Part shown: positions 27,105-44,876 of the stretch, piece after piece
Position numbering within the stretch: the stretch's first letter is position 1
How the letters are laid out: each line of letters opens with the position of its first letter
Assembly (NCBI GenBank): GCA_951406725.2
Contig: OX597818.1
Location: forward strand, 101,184,001 to 101,248,000
Reading direction: 5' to 3'
From: Octopus vulgaris
Taxonomy: Eukaryota
DNA length: 64,000 nt
Position numbers and translations under genes: made by a program
Notes under the pieces: generated by a model
The model's input: the letters and a program-made list of their open reading frames with translations, nothing else
The model's database searches: none
Told to the model about the DNA's origin: nothing

Positions 27105-28434
27105 TTAGAGTATGTTTAGTTGTGGTCTGTATTTTTGAATAAGATTACTTTCCTTATTTATTCGTGTTTGGTCTGTGGTGTTGTCCGAGCATTGGTATAG
27201 TGGGAAGACTAAGAATTTGGGGGACTTATTGTGTGCACAAAGGTCTAAGTGTCCACTTAGTGGTATCTGTCTTGTGGAGGGGTCCCTCAGTTGTTGTCGG
27301 TGAACAGTCATTCTGTCTCTGAGGGTAAGGCTCGTTTGCCCTATGTAGTCTTCGTGGCATCCTTCACACCTTATGACGTAGAGTAAATTTTTTGATGCGC
27401 ACGTGAAGTTATTTTTTATGATGAATGTGTGTCCCGAGTGGAACTTGTACGACGATCCCTCAATGAGGTGGATGCAGGTCTTACAGTTGGGGCGACCACA
27501 TTTTTTGATGGTGGGCGGTGGGTTTGTGTTGTGTAATTTTGCGTTGGTGAGGAGGTTTTTTAGGGATTTAGGTTGTTCTCTTACTTTTTATTATTTTATG
27601 AGCTGCCAGTATTTTTTTCAGGCGTGGGTCTTGATTTAGTTGTGGAATGTTGTTGTATATAATAGTGTAAGCTTCTGCATTCCTTGGGTTGTGTGTTGAG
27701 AGATAAGGGAGGCTATTGACTGTACTGTGGATGTGTTTGGGTTTTCGAAGGTCTTGAATGTTGATTGATTTGGCCCGTTCTATTCCGTTGTCTACTAGTG
27801 ATGCCGGGTAATGTCTTTCGAGAAGAATTGCCCTTAGTTCCCGGAGTCTTCTATTTCGTGTTGTGTCATTTGAGACAATAGTGCAGATTCTTCTCGCTAG
27901 GTTGAAGGGGATATTTGTCTTTGTGTGTTTTGGGTGATTGGAGGTGAATAGAAGGTATTGTTTAGAGTCAGTGGGTTTGTAATGGATGTCAGTTTCAATG
28001 TTGACGCCTTTTTTAATGATTAGGATGTCAAGAAAAGGGAGTTGGTCCTGACTATATTCCATTGTGAATTGAATGTTGTTATTTACACTGTTGATAAGGT
28101 TTTTGAAGTCAATAAGTTGGTCGAGTGTGTGGGACCATAGGATGAGGCAATCATCTAAGTAGCGTTTCCAGTTCTCCAACAGGTATTTGTGGAAAGACTG
28201 GCCGTACTTATATTTGGATTTTTCATAGATATGTGATTCCAGGTAGGCCATCACCAGGTTTGCATAGGTAGGTGCAACTTTCGTACCCATTGCAGTTCCT
28301 GAGACCTGTCTGTAAGTGTTATTGTGGAAATACATGAAGTTGTTTTGCAGAATAAATTTGAGGCCCTCAATTATGAATTCTTTTTTAATTCTTTCCGGGA
28401 TCTCATTGGGATATTTATCCAGCCAGAATTTAAT
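27105..28434 (-). pseudogene. PLE polyprotein C-terminal part (RT motifs, thumb, Cys linker, GIY-YIG endonuclease) with one +1 frameshift near 27576
   Basis: YRQVSGTAMGTKVAPTYANL, WKRYLDD, LPFLDILI, YKPTDSKQYL, then after the frameshift KRQPKSLKNLLTNA..CGRPNCKTC..NLLYVIRCEGCHEDYIGQT..RMTVHRQ..HLDLC..KESNLIQKYRPQLN*. Confidence 0.93.
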
Positions 28435-28502
28435 GGTGTGTGTGTATGTGTGTGTGTGTGTGTGAGCATTGTGTACGTGTGTATGTATTTACATATGTAT
28501 CT

Positions 28503-28554
<52 letters not shown>

Positions 28555-28754
28555 TGTGTGTGTATATGCATGGTATGTGTGTATATGTTAGTACTTTGTT
28601 TGTGTGTGTGTGCGGCATGTAGAGATATATTTGAATGTGTACGCTATAGGTTTGTAATTTGTGTGTGTGGGGGGTGGTGAATTTTTTATATATATATATG
28701 TGGGTGTATGTGTGTGAAAAAATATATGTATGTGCATGTATGTATGTATGTATG

Positions 28755-28785
<31 letters not shown>

Positions 28786-29553
28786 ATGTGTGTGTGTGTA
28801 TGTGTGTGTGTGTATATTTATTTGCATGTTTATGTGTGTATAAACATGTACATTATTTGCATGCGCATTGTGTATATGTATATTGTATGTATGTGTATTG
28901 TATATGTACGTGTACAATTAAGTGTAAATATTTGTGTGTATGTGTGCACTGTATATATGTATATTGTAGGTGTGCTATATATGCATGAATACATGTATAT
29001 GCATTGCGTGTATATATATGTATGAATTGTGTGTGTATGTATGTTATGTGTGTGTGTGTATATATATAATATATGTATGCGTACGTGTATGTGTATGCAT
29101 TGTATGTATGTGTGTTGTGTGTATATGTGGTACATCTATGTATGTGTATGTAAACACTATTTATATGTATATGTGTATATATGTATATGCATTGTCTATA
29201 TATATATATATTATATGTATGTATTGCGTATGTATATTGCATGCATATATTGTGTATGTATATTACTTACATGCTGTATGTGTGTATTGTATGTGTGTAT
29301 ATATATGCTAGGTGTATTTGTGTGATATTTATATTATGTATGTATGTGTGCGTGTGTTGTGTGTTGTGTGTGTGTGTGTGTGTGTGTGTTGTGTGTGTAT
29401 GTGTGTTATATATCTGTGTATGTTATATATAGATACATGTTATATTTGTGTGCTGTGTGTATATGTGATATATGTGGGTGCGTTGTGTGTGGGTGTGTGT
29501 GTTCTGTGTGTGTGTGTGTTGTTTGTATGTGGTGTGTGTTTGTATACTATGTG

Positions 29554-29584
<31 letters not shown>

Positions 29585-30178
29585 TTGTGTGTATATATAT
29601 GTGTGTGACAAACAGACGCTGTCTGACCAGCAGGCACGGACACATCTATTCACACCCGCATACTAACCTCCTGATAACCCCAAAATCATTCATGCATAAA
29701 GGGGAAGTATACACCACATTGGCTACTTCTTCTGTTCTCTCAGTTCAGCCTTTCTGCTAATACTGACAGGTCAGTAAAAACATACTTAAAATATTCTGAG
29801 ATGTACAAAAAATCCATTTTAATTTTTGCTGTCAAAACGCTGTATATATATACCAAAGATTGTATATATATACATGTAATGTGACAATTTGCGACAACCA
29901 ATAATTAACGCAACCAATTCCCAATAATATATTTGTTTTATCCTTTTCTGCCAAATTTTCCCAAATAGTCTCATCACACTATTGAACTTCTCTGTTACCA
30001 AACACTATATTTATACATGTAATGTGACAATTATGTATAAAAAAACATTTTTGAATTCATAATATCCAATGTGACAATTATGTAAAAAAATTTTTTTTGA
30101 ATGCATAATATTCAATGTGACAATTATGTAAAAAACTTTTTTTTTGAACCCATATTATTCAATGTTTCCTTAAATGTA

Positions 30179-30219
30179 ACTTTTGACAATCTTTTACCAA
30201 AGAGTGAAACCGGTTAAGT
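30179..30219 (+). ncRNA. Divergent minimal HHR-like motif in the PLE arm (mirror copy at 25158-25198 on the minus strand)
   Basis: ACTT-TTGACAA-TCTTT-TACC-AAAGA-GT-GAAAC-CG-GTT-AAGT. The topology fits, but the core is non-canonical. Confidence 0.5.
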
Positions 30220-30296
30220 AAATAAACATCGTTTAAATTGCATTTTCAAACCTTTTTTCTTATATAATCCCACTCGTGCGATACCCCACAACTCAA

Positions 30297-30373
<77 letters not shown>

Positions 30374-30838
30374 GTACATATGTATGTGTGTTTCCGTATC
30401 CGAGAATTGAGCCCCTGTTTCTCTATATATACGTAAATGAATGCGCGATAGGTATTGATAATAAATATCAAATTGGTGAACGTAAGGGAAATGTTAAGGT
30501 CATGATACTAATATCAAATATATGACTTTTAATATCCTGTCCGAAGAGATTTTGTATTATGCTCTGAAATTATCTAGCATCGTGTATACAAATTCTACAG
30601 CAGCACACAGTACTAATATTCGAATGCAAAACTACTTAATATCTAATATTACCTTTTGCACATAGATTGATATCACGTCATTTAAAATTGTATTGTCAGT
30701 AATTAACGCTTTTACAATTATGAATATATATCCATATTTTATTGAAATACGTATTTCTATTTGACATGGATACATCCATTTAAAGCGAGCTATATACGTT
30801 AATGCTTACATAGATGTTATAAATTTATATTTAGCGCA

Positions 30839-30879
<41 letters not shown>

Positions 30880-31204
30880 GTATGCTTGCATGTATTTAAT
30901 AAGTGAACATATCGGGTTTGGTGATGAATATTTGTTACTTTTTTAGATGCTCTCTAGCTATGTGAACTTCTTGACTACGTGTGACAGAAACTGCACGAAA
31001 TATCGTTTGATAAGCAGTTCATGTTGAATTACTTATACAGGTCACCTTCAAGTGATTTGAAGACATATCTCTAAAGCCGATTTCACACACGAGGGTGATG
31101 TTCATAACTGTGGCTCAATAAATCGAAAGTAGGACTTCAAGGTTACGAACCTGGGCATCTACACCGTCCGCTATACAGAATTTCCTCACAGTTATATACA
31201 CACG

Positions 31205-31342
<138 letters not shown>

Positions 31343-31362
31343 TACATACATACATACATACA

Positions 31363-31414
<52 letters not shown>

Positions 31415-33589
31415 CGCGTGTACATGAGTGCATGTTTATTCAAGTTATATGTGTGTGTGAGACTGTGTATGTATGTTAGTGTGTCTATACATATATATAT
31501 GTGAGCGTGTGTATATATGCACCTATCTATCTTTTGGTCTCTGTCTGTCTCTCTCCCCCACTATATATATTTGCCTGCGCCAGCGTGCATATTTCTTTAA
31601 GTAGTATATATACATATATACGTATCTCTTTGTGTGTGCGTGTGAACATTATGTACATATTCATAAAATCGCCAATTTGTAGACACTATATTGAAATATC
31701 TCATAACAAACTCCAAAGGTTATTAAAATCTTCCTCTTTTATTATCAAATGTAAAATAAACTTTGGCTATGAATTGAATTCCTACGCACAATTAGAACAG
31801 TACGTAGAAGATTCAATAGATGGCAGAATGAGAAATATATTGAATAAGCTAGCAACATTATGAAAAGATGCCGCTTTGAGCTATGAATATCTTATTACTC
31901 ACCGTTCACTCTATCATTCAGCTATTTCTTTGATCGGGTCAAATATGTCAAACGAAGACAACATACTGTCTATCGCAAAACGGAGCTCATGGCCATATTT
32001 TATAAAAATATATATTCATAATTATTATTTATAGTTGTTATGGGAATATTCCATTAAATTTTAATCACAACTTGATTCCAAAGCCCGTGATATATATATA
32101 TACACAATAAATAAATATTCAAAAATTTCATCTCAGTATTTCGGTGTGAATATCCTTGCTATTTTCAGATGAAAATGGCATCATATCTACAAGTAAATAA
32201 CCTATACATTTTAGCATTTAAAAAAAATACCACAACAGTAGAAATTTATTTTCATACATTAGCTATGTTTGGGAATATAAGCATATATACACGCGTGCGC
32301 GCACGCACAAGATACTAGTGTATGACTAGTATATGTATATATTGCAGCGTAGAACGTATAGATTAACAGTTGAATTTATATCCAATATGGTGTTATAATT
32401 TCGGTCTCTTGAAATAACGGCATGTTGACTGATAAAATTTGACGTGCAGCACATTTTGTCCCAGTATCGAGCGGTGAATATTTGTGTTTCGGAATGATTA
32501 ACTTTTGTCTTCCATGCTGTAGGCACTTCGGTTTCAGAACACATTCTCAGATCAAAATACTTGCTATGCAAGTACATCTCATCAGTCTCCATATATGTAA
32601 GTCCAACGTGTGTGTTTTAAAAAAGAATTCACTTTTCATCCTGTATTACGCAGGAAAATGTAGTGCAACACACGAGGAAACATCTATATTAACTGAATAT
32701 TCAGGCTATATTCTTATTCATACCTGAAGAACTTTCACTATAATATTATGACGAATCTTCTTTTTCGTAATTACATGGTGGCCATAGCAGTTTGCTTGCT
32801 CTGAAATCATCACAATAATTCTGTCGTTTGAAAATGGTTGTTTAAATTGAAATTTCTATCAGGAGCCGACGTTGTATTTACAGGTTTACGGAAATCTGCT
32901 GATTTGTCACTTTGCAAAATATTCGAAATATGGGTGTAGATATCCAACACAAAAGTACTTTTTGAGAAGCATATATTAAATTTTATTATGCAATGTTACG
33001 ATTACAAGGTGATATATATTTCCCTTACAGTTTACACCTTACACACGTCAACGTGATTTGTCGCTCTTCCCTTGGGCTTTGGACAAAGCTAGTCTAGTCT
33101 ACCCTATAACCGTGCTGTATTTCAATTTATGTTCTCAATATTTTCTAACCGATTTTAGTAATTACACAGCATCATAATCTATGGACACACCAGTACTGTA
33201 TGTTGTGTATATCCGATACATATTTACTTTCATTGATCAAGCGTTCTTGACGGCAACTTTTCTCAATTGTGAGATGATTAATATCCCTATCATCAAGCTT
33301 ACGTGTCTATTTGTCATTGTAAGAATGCAGTTCTACATTTATTTATGAATTGATTTATATACGAAAACCATCCTGAAATGTCTACAGAGAAATCTGATGA
33401 GACAATGGGAAAAGCAATAAATGTGTATCCACACTCAATCAATTGAATATACGTTCTATACTCACCTTTAGATATATTCCATTAACATTTTGTTTATCAT
33501 TAATTAATGTATCACACATTTTATGTATTGTGTTTAGTTAAAATTTATTCTATATTAAATCCAAAGCAGCAATCTTCAGTTCAGAACAA

Positions 33590-33651
33590 TTACGATTCTT
33601 GTACTCATATATCGTGCTCTCCAGGACGATATATGAGTACAAGAATCGTAA
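33590..33651. repeat. Perfect 26-bp inverted repeat with a 10-nt loop
   Basis: TTACGATTCTTGTACTCATATATCGT-GCTCTCCAGG-ACGATATATGAGTACAAGAATCGTAA. Confidence 0.95.
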
Positions 33652-34021
33652 ATCTCCAAACAAGTATATATTAATTCAAATTTAATAGGGCCCCGTATTA
33701 TATCCCAAATTTGATAGCGCATCTTACTATATCCCATTTAAGGCTAAATTTACTATTGCTATCGTTAAGTTCCAAGATTTTTCTAGATAATGATATGCCC
33801 GTAGAGTATATGCAGGTGAGTTTGTGCCCGTATAATATATGCAAACCGTGTGTCGGTAGCCAACAGGAAAAAATATTTGCCTAGGGCTAAATAACACTAA
33901 CATCGTACTTGTATAGGACTGCTGCATTATGCTGGCAAATAAACTTTTCTATTCGGCACTGTTACTGAATATCACTCGCTCAGACATTCAACACAAGCTG
34001 CTTTTCTCTTTATATATATAA

Positions 34022-34415
34022 CTGACTGTGTAAGTAGCTTACTTACCAACCACATGGTTCTGGGTTCAGTCCCACTGCGTGACACTTTGGGCAAGTGTCT
34101 TCTACTATAGCCTCGGGCCGACCAAAGCCTTGTGAGTGGATTTGGTAAACGGAAACTGAAAGAAGCCTGTCGTGTATATGTATATATATGTATGTGTGTT
34201 TGTGTGTCTGTGTTTGTCCTCCCAAAATCGCTCGACAACCGATGTTGGTGTGTTCATGTCCCCGTAACTTAGCGGTTCGGCAAATGAGAGCGATAGAATA
34301 AATACTAGGCTTAGAACGAATAAGTGATGGGGGTCGATTTGGTCGATTAAAACCGGTGCTCCAGCATGGCCGCAGTCAAATGACTGAAACAAGTAAAAGA
34401 GTAAATGAGTAAAAG
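34022..34415 (+). mobile_element. SINE family A (duplicate at ~39551-39945)
   Basis: Same motifs as the copy at 21258. Confidence 0.9.
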
Positions 34416-34820
34416 AGTATGCATGTATCCGCATGAGTGAGCATGTGTGCCTTTCACTATATATGCATAGAAATATAAAAATACACACTCATCAAACACT
34501 GAGACGTATATGGATGTATGTTCGGGTATTCGCAAACAATTGACGATTTAATATAGCATATTTTGACTACAAAAATAGTTGGCACATGCATCAGTATCGA
34601 TTTAAAATATTTATTTTCTCTTTTTGAACTGTTCGCTCCTGGTTCTGTATCATCTTGTCAATGCAAGGGCTTCTCTATTCATTTCGTTCTCCCAACCTTC
34701 TCTTCCTATCTACTCGCGTCTGTTCTGTGTATCTGTCTGTCTTCCATTCTATGTATATGCATACATGCAAACATCATACATACATATATATGTATATGTA
34801 TATGTATATATATATATGTA

Positions 34821-35238
34821 TAATAAATATTAGGGAATGAATCCCAAAATTACAGGGAAAAATCAGATTTAGGGTTAAATCCAATTTTATAGTAAAATAT
34901 TATATAATATAATTCCAGACAAAACCACTATTTTAAAACCAAACAAGGAAAGACTTAATCAATACATAAAATTTTAATATAAATTAAATAACCCGCCACT
35001 ACAAATGTTTCATGTCTGTTCCGACAATCTTCAGGTGGATTTTCGATCTTCTAATCAGTATCAAATTTTGAAGTCTGATACTGATTAGAAGATCGAAAAT
35101 CGACCTGAAGATTGTCGGAGCAGACATGAAACATTTGTAGTGGCGGGTTATTTAATTTATATTAAAATTTTATGTATTGATTAAGTCTTTCCTTGTTTGG
35201 TTTTAAAATAGTGGTTTTGTCTCGAATTATATTATATA
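34821..35238. mobile_element. Fold-back element in (TA)n: ~163-bp arms (34901-35063, 35076-35238), 12-nt loop, HHR in each arm, ~80-nt one-sided tail (duplicate at ~40350-40766)
   Basis: Direct arm complementarity with few mismatches. Confidence 0.9.
34996..35038 (-). ncRNA. Minimal type I hammerhead ribozyme motif with canonical core (mirror copy at ~35101-35143 on the plus strand)
   Basis: CCAC-CTGAAGA-T-TGTC-GGAACA-GACA-T-GAAAC-ATTT-GTA-GTGG. Confidence 0.8.
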
Positions 35239-35353
<115 letters not shown>

Positions 35354-35613
35354 GAAATATGTTACGAAAAGAAAATATAAAATACACATTGGAAATGTAC
35401 GGGTAAAATATGAAAAATCAACGAAAATGCATATTGCAGATAGAAAAAGGCTATTTATGACAGGTAGTGACAAATATATACATTTAGATTGACTGAGGTA
35501 GTAATACGTGTCATAAAAGTCTTTATTATGAGATTATTATAAGATGTTAAAAATAATAAAGTAAGAGAACAAAACGAACCAATTGCTTTACGCGTAGGCT
35601 ATTCATCGTTTGA

Positions 35614-36063
35614 ATATATAGGGGAGTTCACGAATAAAACACAAAACGAAGATAGATGGTGTATTAAACACACAGATGTATTAGCGTAACGCTCAGGAAA
35701 TTGAAAATAATCTTTTACGTTTCGAGCCTACGCTCTTCTACAGAAAGGGACACTGATCAAAAACAAGGAAAGTAACCCTTTCTGTAGAGGAGCGTAGGCT
35801 CGAAACGTAAAAGTCTTTTCAATTTCCTGAGCATTATACTAATACATCTGTTTGTTTTATACCACACTTGTCTTCGTCCTTTGTTTTTTTCGTGAACTCT
35901 CCCCATATATCACATGCTTACGCGATAGCACCAGTTGATCCTGGCATTTAAATCACACACGGACTTCTCCACTGGAATTTCTACCTATCTACCCTTTACG
36001 GATTCTCTTTTGGACATTTACCCTTAGGCTGCACTTTTCCTACCTACGTATGACTGTGGACGC

Positions 36064-36066
<3 letters not shown>
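35614..36066. mobile_element. Fold-back element: diverged arms (35614-35749, 35776-35910), HHR-like motif in each arm, ~155-nt right tail into (TA)n (duplicate at ~41152-41612)
   Basis: GGGGAGTTCACGAA mirrors TTCGTGAACTCTCCCC. Motif CTTT-CTGTAGA-G-GAGC-GTAG-GCTC-GAAAC-GTA-AAAG at 35778-35813 has a non-canonical core. Confidence 0.8.
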
Positions 36067-36124
<58 letters not shown>

Positions 36125-36132
36125 TATGTATA

Positions 36133-36183
<51 letters not shown>

Positions 36184-36233
36184 ATATTTATATATATGGA
36201 GTTAAACGGAGGTGTTATTCAAATCTTTTTTTA

Positions 36234-36299
36234 CTTCTGACATGCGTTTCAGAAGGAATAAAAATAATATAAAACAATGCAATATTCTCATCAGGGAAA
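36234..36299 (-). ncRNA. Hammerhead ribozyme motif with canonical core in a PLE-type 3' fragment next to (TA)n (duplicate at ~41774-41840)
   Basis: TTTCC-CTGATGA-GAA...TTC-T-GAAAC-GCAT-GTC-AGAAG. One stem I mismatch. Confidence 0.7.
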
Positions 36300-36603
36300 G
36301 AAAAAAGCCAAATACATCAGTAAGACATTTTAACCGAATGTGAGTACTGCGTATATTAGGAAGGGAACGCTAGCAAGTTATTATTTTTTTTCTGAAAACT
36401 GTTAAAAGATATAAGGTCAATGGCAGTTTATAGAAAGAGAAGGAGGAGAAAGAAAGGAAGTAGCAGAAAACTAATATTGGAGAGATATGCATCGATAGGT
36501 GAACAGGAATATATCTTAAAGTATTGGAAGTAAATATATTTAGTGCAAGTGAAAATTAAGCTGAGAGTTAAAGGTCGAATTTTATAGAATGGTAGAACGG
36601 TAT

Positions 36604-36641
<38 letters not shown>

Positions 36642-36711
36642 GTAAGATTTTTTTGCGTAACAAGATAAAAAACGAAGGGTGTATAGATATTAGAGCAGTT
36701 ATAGATAGAAG

Positions 36712-36763
36712 ATCTTACAGATGTTTCTTGGATATTTATTAAATATATCCCTTCATCGGAAAC
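36712..36763 (-). ncRNA. Hammerhead ribozyme motif (CCGAUGA core) in a PLE-type 3' fragment ~36640-37500 (duplicate at ~42296-42347)
   Basis: GTTT-CCGATGA-AG-GGATAT..ATATCC-AA-GAAAC-ATCT-GTA-AGAT. Confidence 0.65.
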
Positions 36764-38538
36764 GGTGTGAGAGGAAAGTTAAGTCATAGCTAGTTTAAAT
36801 GTGATACAAAATAGAGAGCGAGGTGGAGGAAAGAAAATAGATGCAAGATATGTATGGGTATTGAAATTGTAAATCCATTTTATAGGCATAATTGTATATA
36901 TGCAATATTCCAATATCCTATGAGTAAATTCCAAAAGTTCAACGTAGTTTAAAATGAGTCCATCCAAATATAGAGTTCATAAGCAATGTAAGATTCCCTT
37001 ATGAGTGAGTTCCAGCAGACTTTTAAACTTGGTCATTCCCAGTAGAGAATTTATATAAAGTGTTGCAGATTCAAATGTTTATATTTAAAGTGACCTAAAA
37101 ATAGGGAGTGTATTAGTAAGATCAAATTGAAAACAGGAAGAGAGGAATGAAAGAAAGAGGAAAAAAAGAAGAGAAAAAAGAGAAGAGAAAGAAAAAAATG
37201 AAAGAGAAAGGAGAGATAAGATTAGTAAAAATAACAAAATAATACAAAATAAAAACCTTGAAGAGTGATAAAGGGAATAAAGAGAAAATAAAAAGAAAAA
37301 TGAAGATATAGATGAGTCAATGGTCAATGGAGATAATTTGAAAGTAGGAGTGGAGATATGAAGGGTGAAAGAGAGAGAAAGGTATTATAGTGTAAAAGAT
37401 AGAGGAATGCGGGGGGGTGGGTGGAATCAGAGGTAAAGAAATGACCAACGTGTAGTAGTAGAGCCTAATTGTGTGGGTAGAGATATGAAGAATTAAAAAA
37501 TGTATATGTTTAGCAGCTCGGTGTTTAGTAATATGAGAAACAATGTATAAACGCCCTTATATAACGGAATATTCTCAGACAGGATTTCAGGTGCCATATA
37601 CTGTAAATATGTTATAAATACGACAATAATTTTTTGTATCAATGCAGTAATTATCATCGGCATTTAGAACTCCATTGAATGCAGGACAGTGTTATAGATG
37701 ACGGATGCACGTGCTCACTCACATAAATTAATCACATTTTTTTTTATGGCTGGAACGCATAGAATCTTTTAGAGCACATCTCCAGTTCCTGAGATCTAAA
37801 GAGAAAATATAACGCCTGATAATTGTTTCGCGTAACATTGTTAAATAACACATGTATATGTTTGCATGAATTAATATAAGAATTATACAGATATTATATA
37901 TCAGAGCAGCTCAAAAATATTACTAAACCTGCTAAATTTTTTGCTTCATTAAAACAAACTGAATTGGTATTTTATTCGACAATGAAACTATTTAGAGCCT
38001 ACTTTACTTTTCCTTGGTTTTATGCCAAAATAAAAAAAAAATTAAACATTAAACATCAAATTTTTTTTACTGTTTCATTTCACTAGATTCTGTATAACAC
38101 AACGAAGACATACAGCGAGGGAGTTTGGAAGAATTCCAAAATAATGTAAAGCGCATATTTCTTTCAAATAGAGAAATATTTTTCCATATTCGGTTCGGCT
38201 TAAATCATTCATAGATTTTCCCCCAGTGTTATTCTTTATTTTATGTATTTGTATTTTTAATTTAATTTTTTATTTTGTTGTTTTTCATAACTATTTTGAT
38301 AGTGCTTCATTATCTGATTTCCACTTACCGATTAATTTTCTCACATCGTGTACAGATTCGGTTTCACTTCGCCATATTTTTTAGCAACATTCTTTTTTTT
38401 TTTTATTTACACACACACGCACGCATACACACAAAGAAACACACATTTATCTCAGTATATATATATTTATTTACTTATTCATTTATTTATTTACACAGAC
38501 ACGCAAACATACACAAAAGGGACCACACACTTATCTCC

Positions 38539-38572
<34 letters not shown>

Positions 38573-39234
38573 GTATAACGTATACCTATTTCTTTGCTAC
38601 TTTGCACTCAGTTTCTAGAGACATCTTAAGGGACATACTTTACTAATATCTTTTTCGGTTTATGAATACACTCTTATTTCCGACAAACAGAAATCTGCAT
38701 AATATATACATACATCATAGAGAACAATTCCATATTTACATATGTGAAAGTATTTGAAGTAGAATTAACTGTTGTAATCATAAATAAATCTGGCTATATG
38801 TGAATATTTGTGAACATATTAATAGGTTTGGAAATGCGAGTATATTTACAGACGGAGCTATATGTGCACACGCAGAAGTAGACATAGAAAATCACAGAAG
38901 CAAGTTTATGCATACGTTCAAACTCACAAAAGAGAAACCAGATACCCAAACGTATGATATACACAACTATTGTATGTGTGTCATGAGTTTTCCATATATG
39001 TATGTTGTATATGTATATACGTGTGTAGTCTTAATCTTTTACTTGTTTCGGTCATTTGACTGTGGCCATGCTAGAGCACTACCATTAGTCGAGCAAATCG
39101 AAACCAGGACTTATTCTTTGTAAGCCTATTACTTATTCTATCGGTCTCTTTTGCCGAACCGCTAAATTACGGATACGTAAACACACCAGTATCTGTTGTC
39201 AAGCGATGGTGCGGGGCCAAACACAAACAAACAC

Positions 39235-39334
39235 NNNNNNNNNNNNNNNNNNNNNNNNNNNNNNNNNNNNNNNNNNNNNNNNNNNNNNNNNNNNNNNNNN
39301 NNNNNNNNNNNNNNNNNNNNNNNNNNNNNNNNNN
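39235..39334. other. Assembly gap (100 N)
   Basis: Direct reading. Confidence 0.99.

Positions 39335-44876
<5,542 letters not shown>

Larger units (their letters stand above)
25111..30300 (-). mobile_element. Penelope-like retroelement (Neptune-like), 5'-truncated, with ~1.7-kb inverted arms (25111-~26788 and ~28436-30266) and a ~34-nt one-sided tail, inserted in (TA)n
   Basis: The arms are near-identical reverse complements flanking an RT/GIY-YIG coding fragment. The tail at 30267-30300 is present only on the right. Confidence 0.92.

Noticed and set aside
27105-28434. Programmed frameshift or selenocysteine recoding in the PLE ORF
   Set aside because: A single extra A in the RT-endonuclease linker is most simply a mutation or sequencing error, and no in-frame TGA was seen.
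32126-32174. Further HHR-like traces here and at ~7915-7945, ~35575-35612 and ~46750-46842
   Set aside because: Too many core or stem mismatches to distinguish from chance without family consensus sequences.
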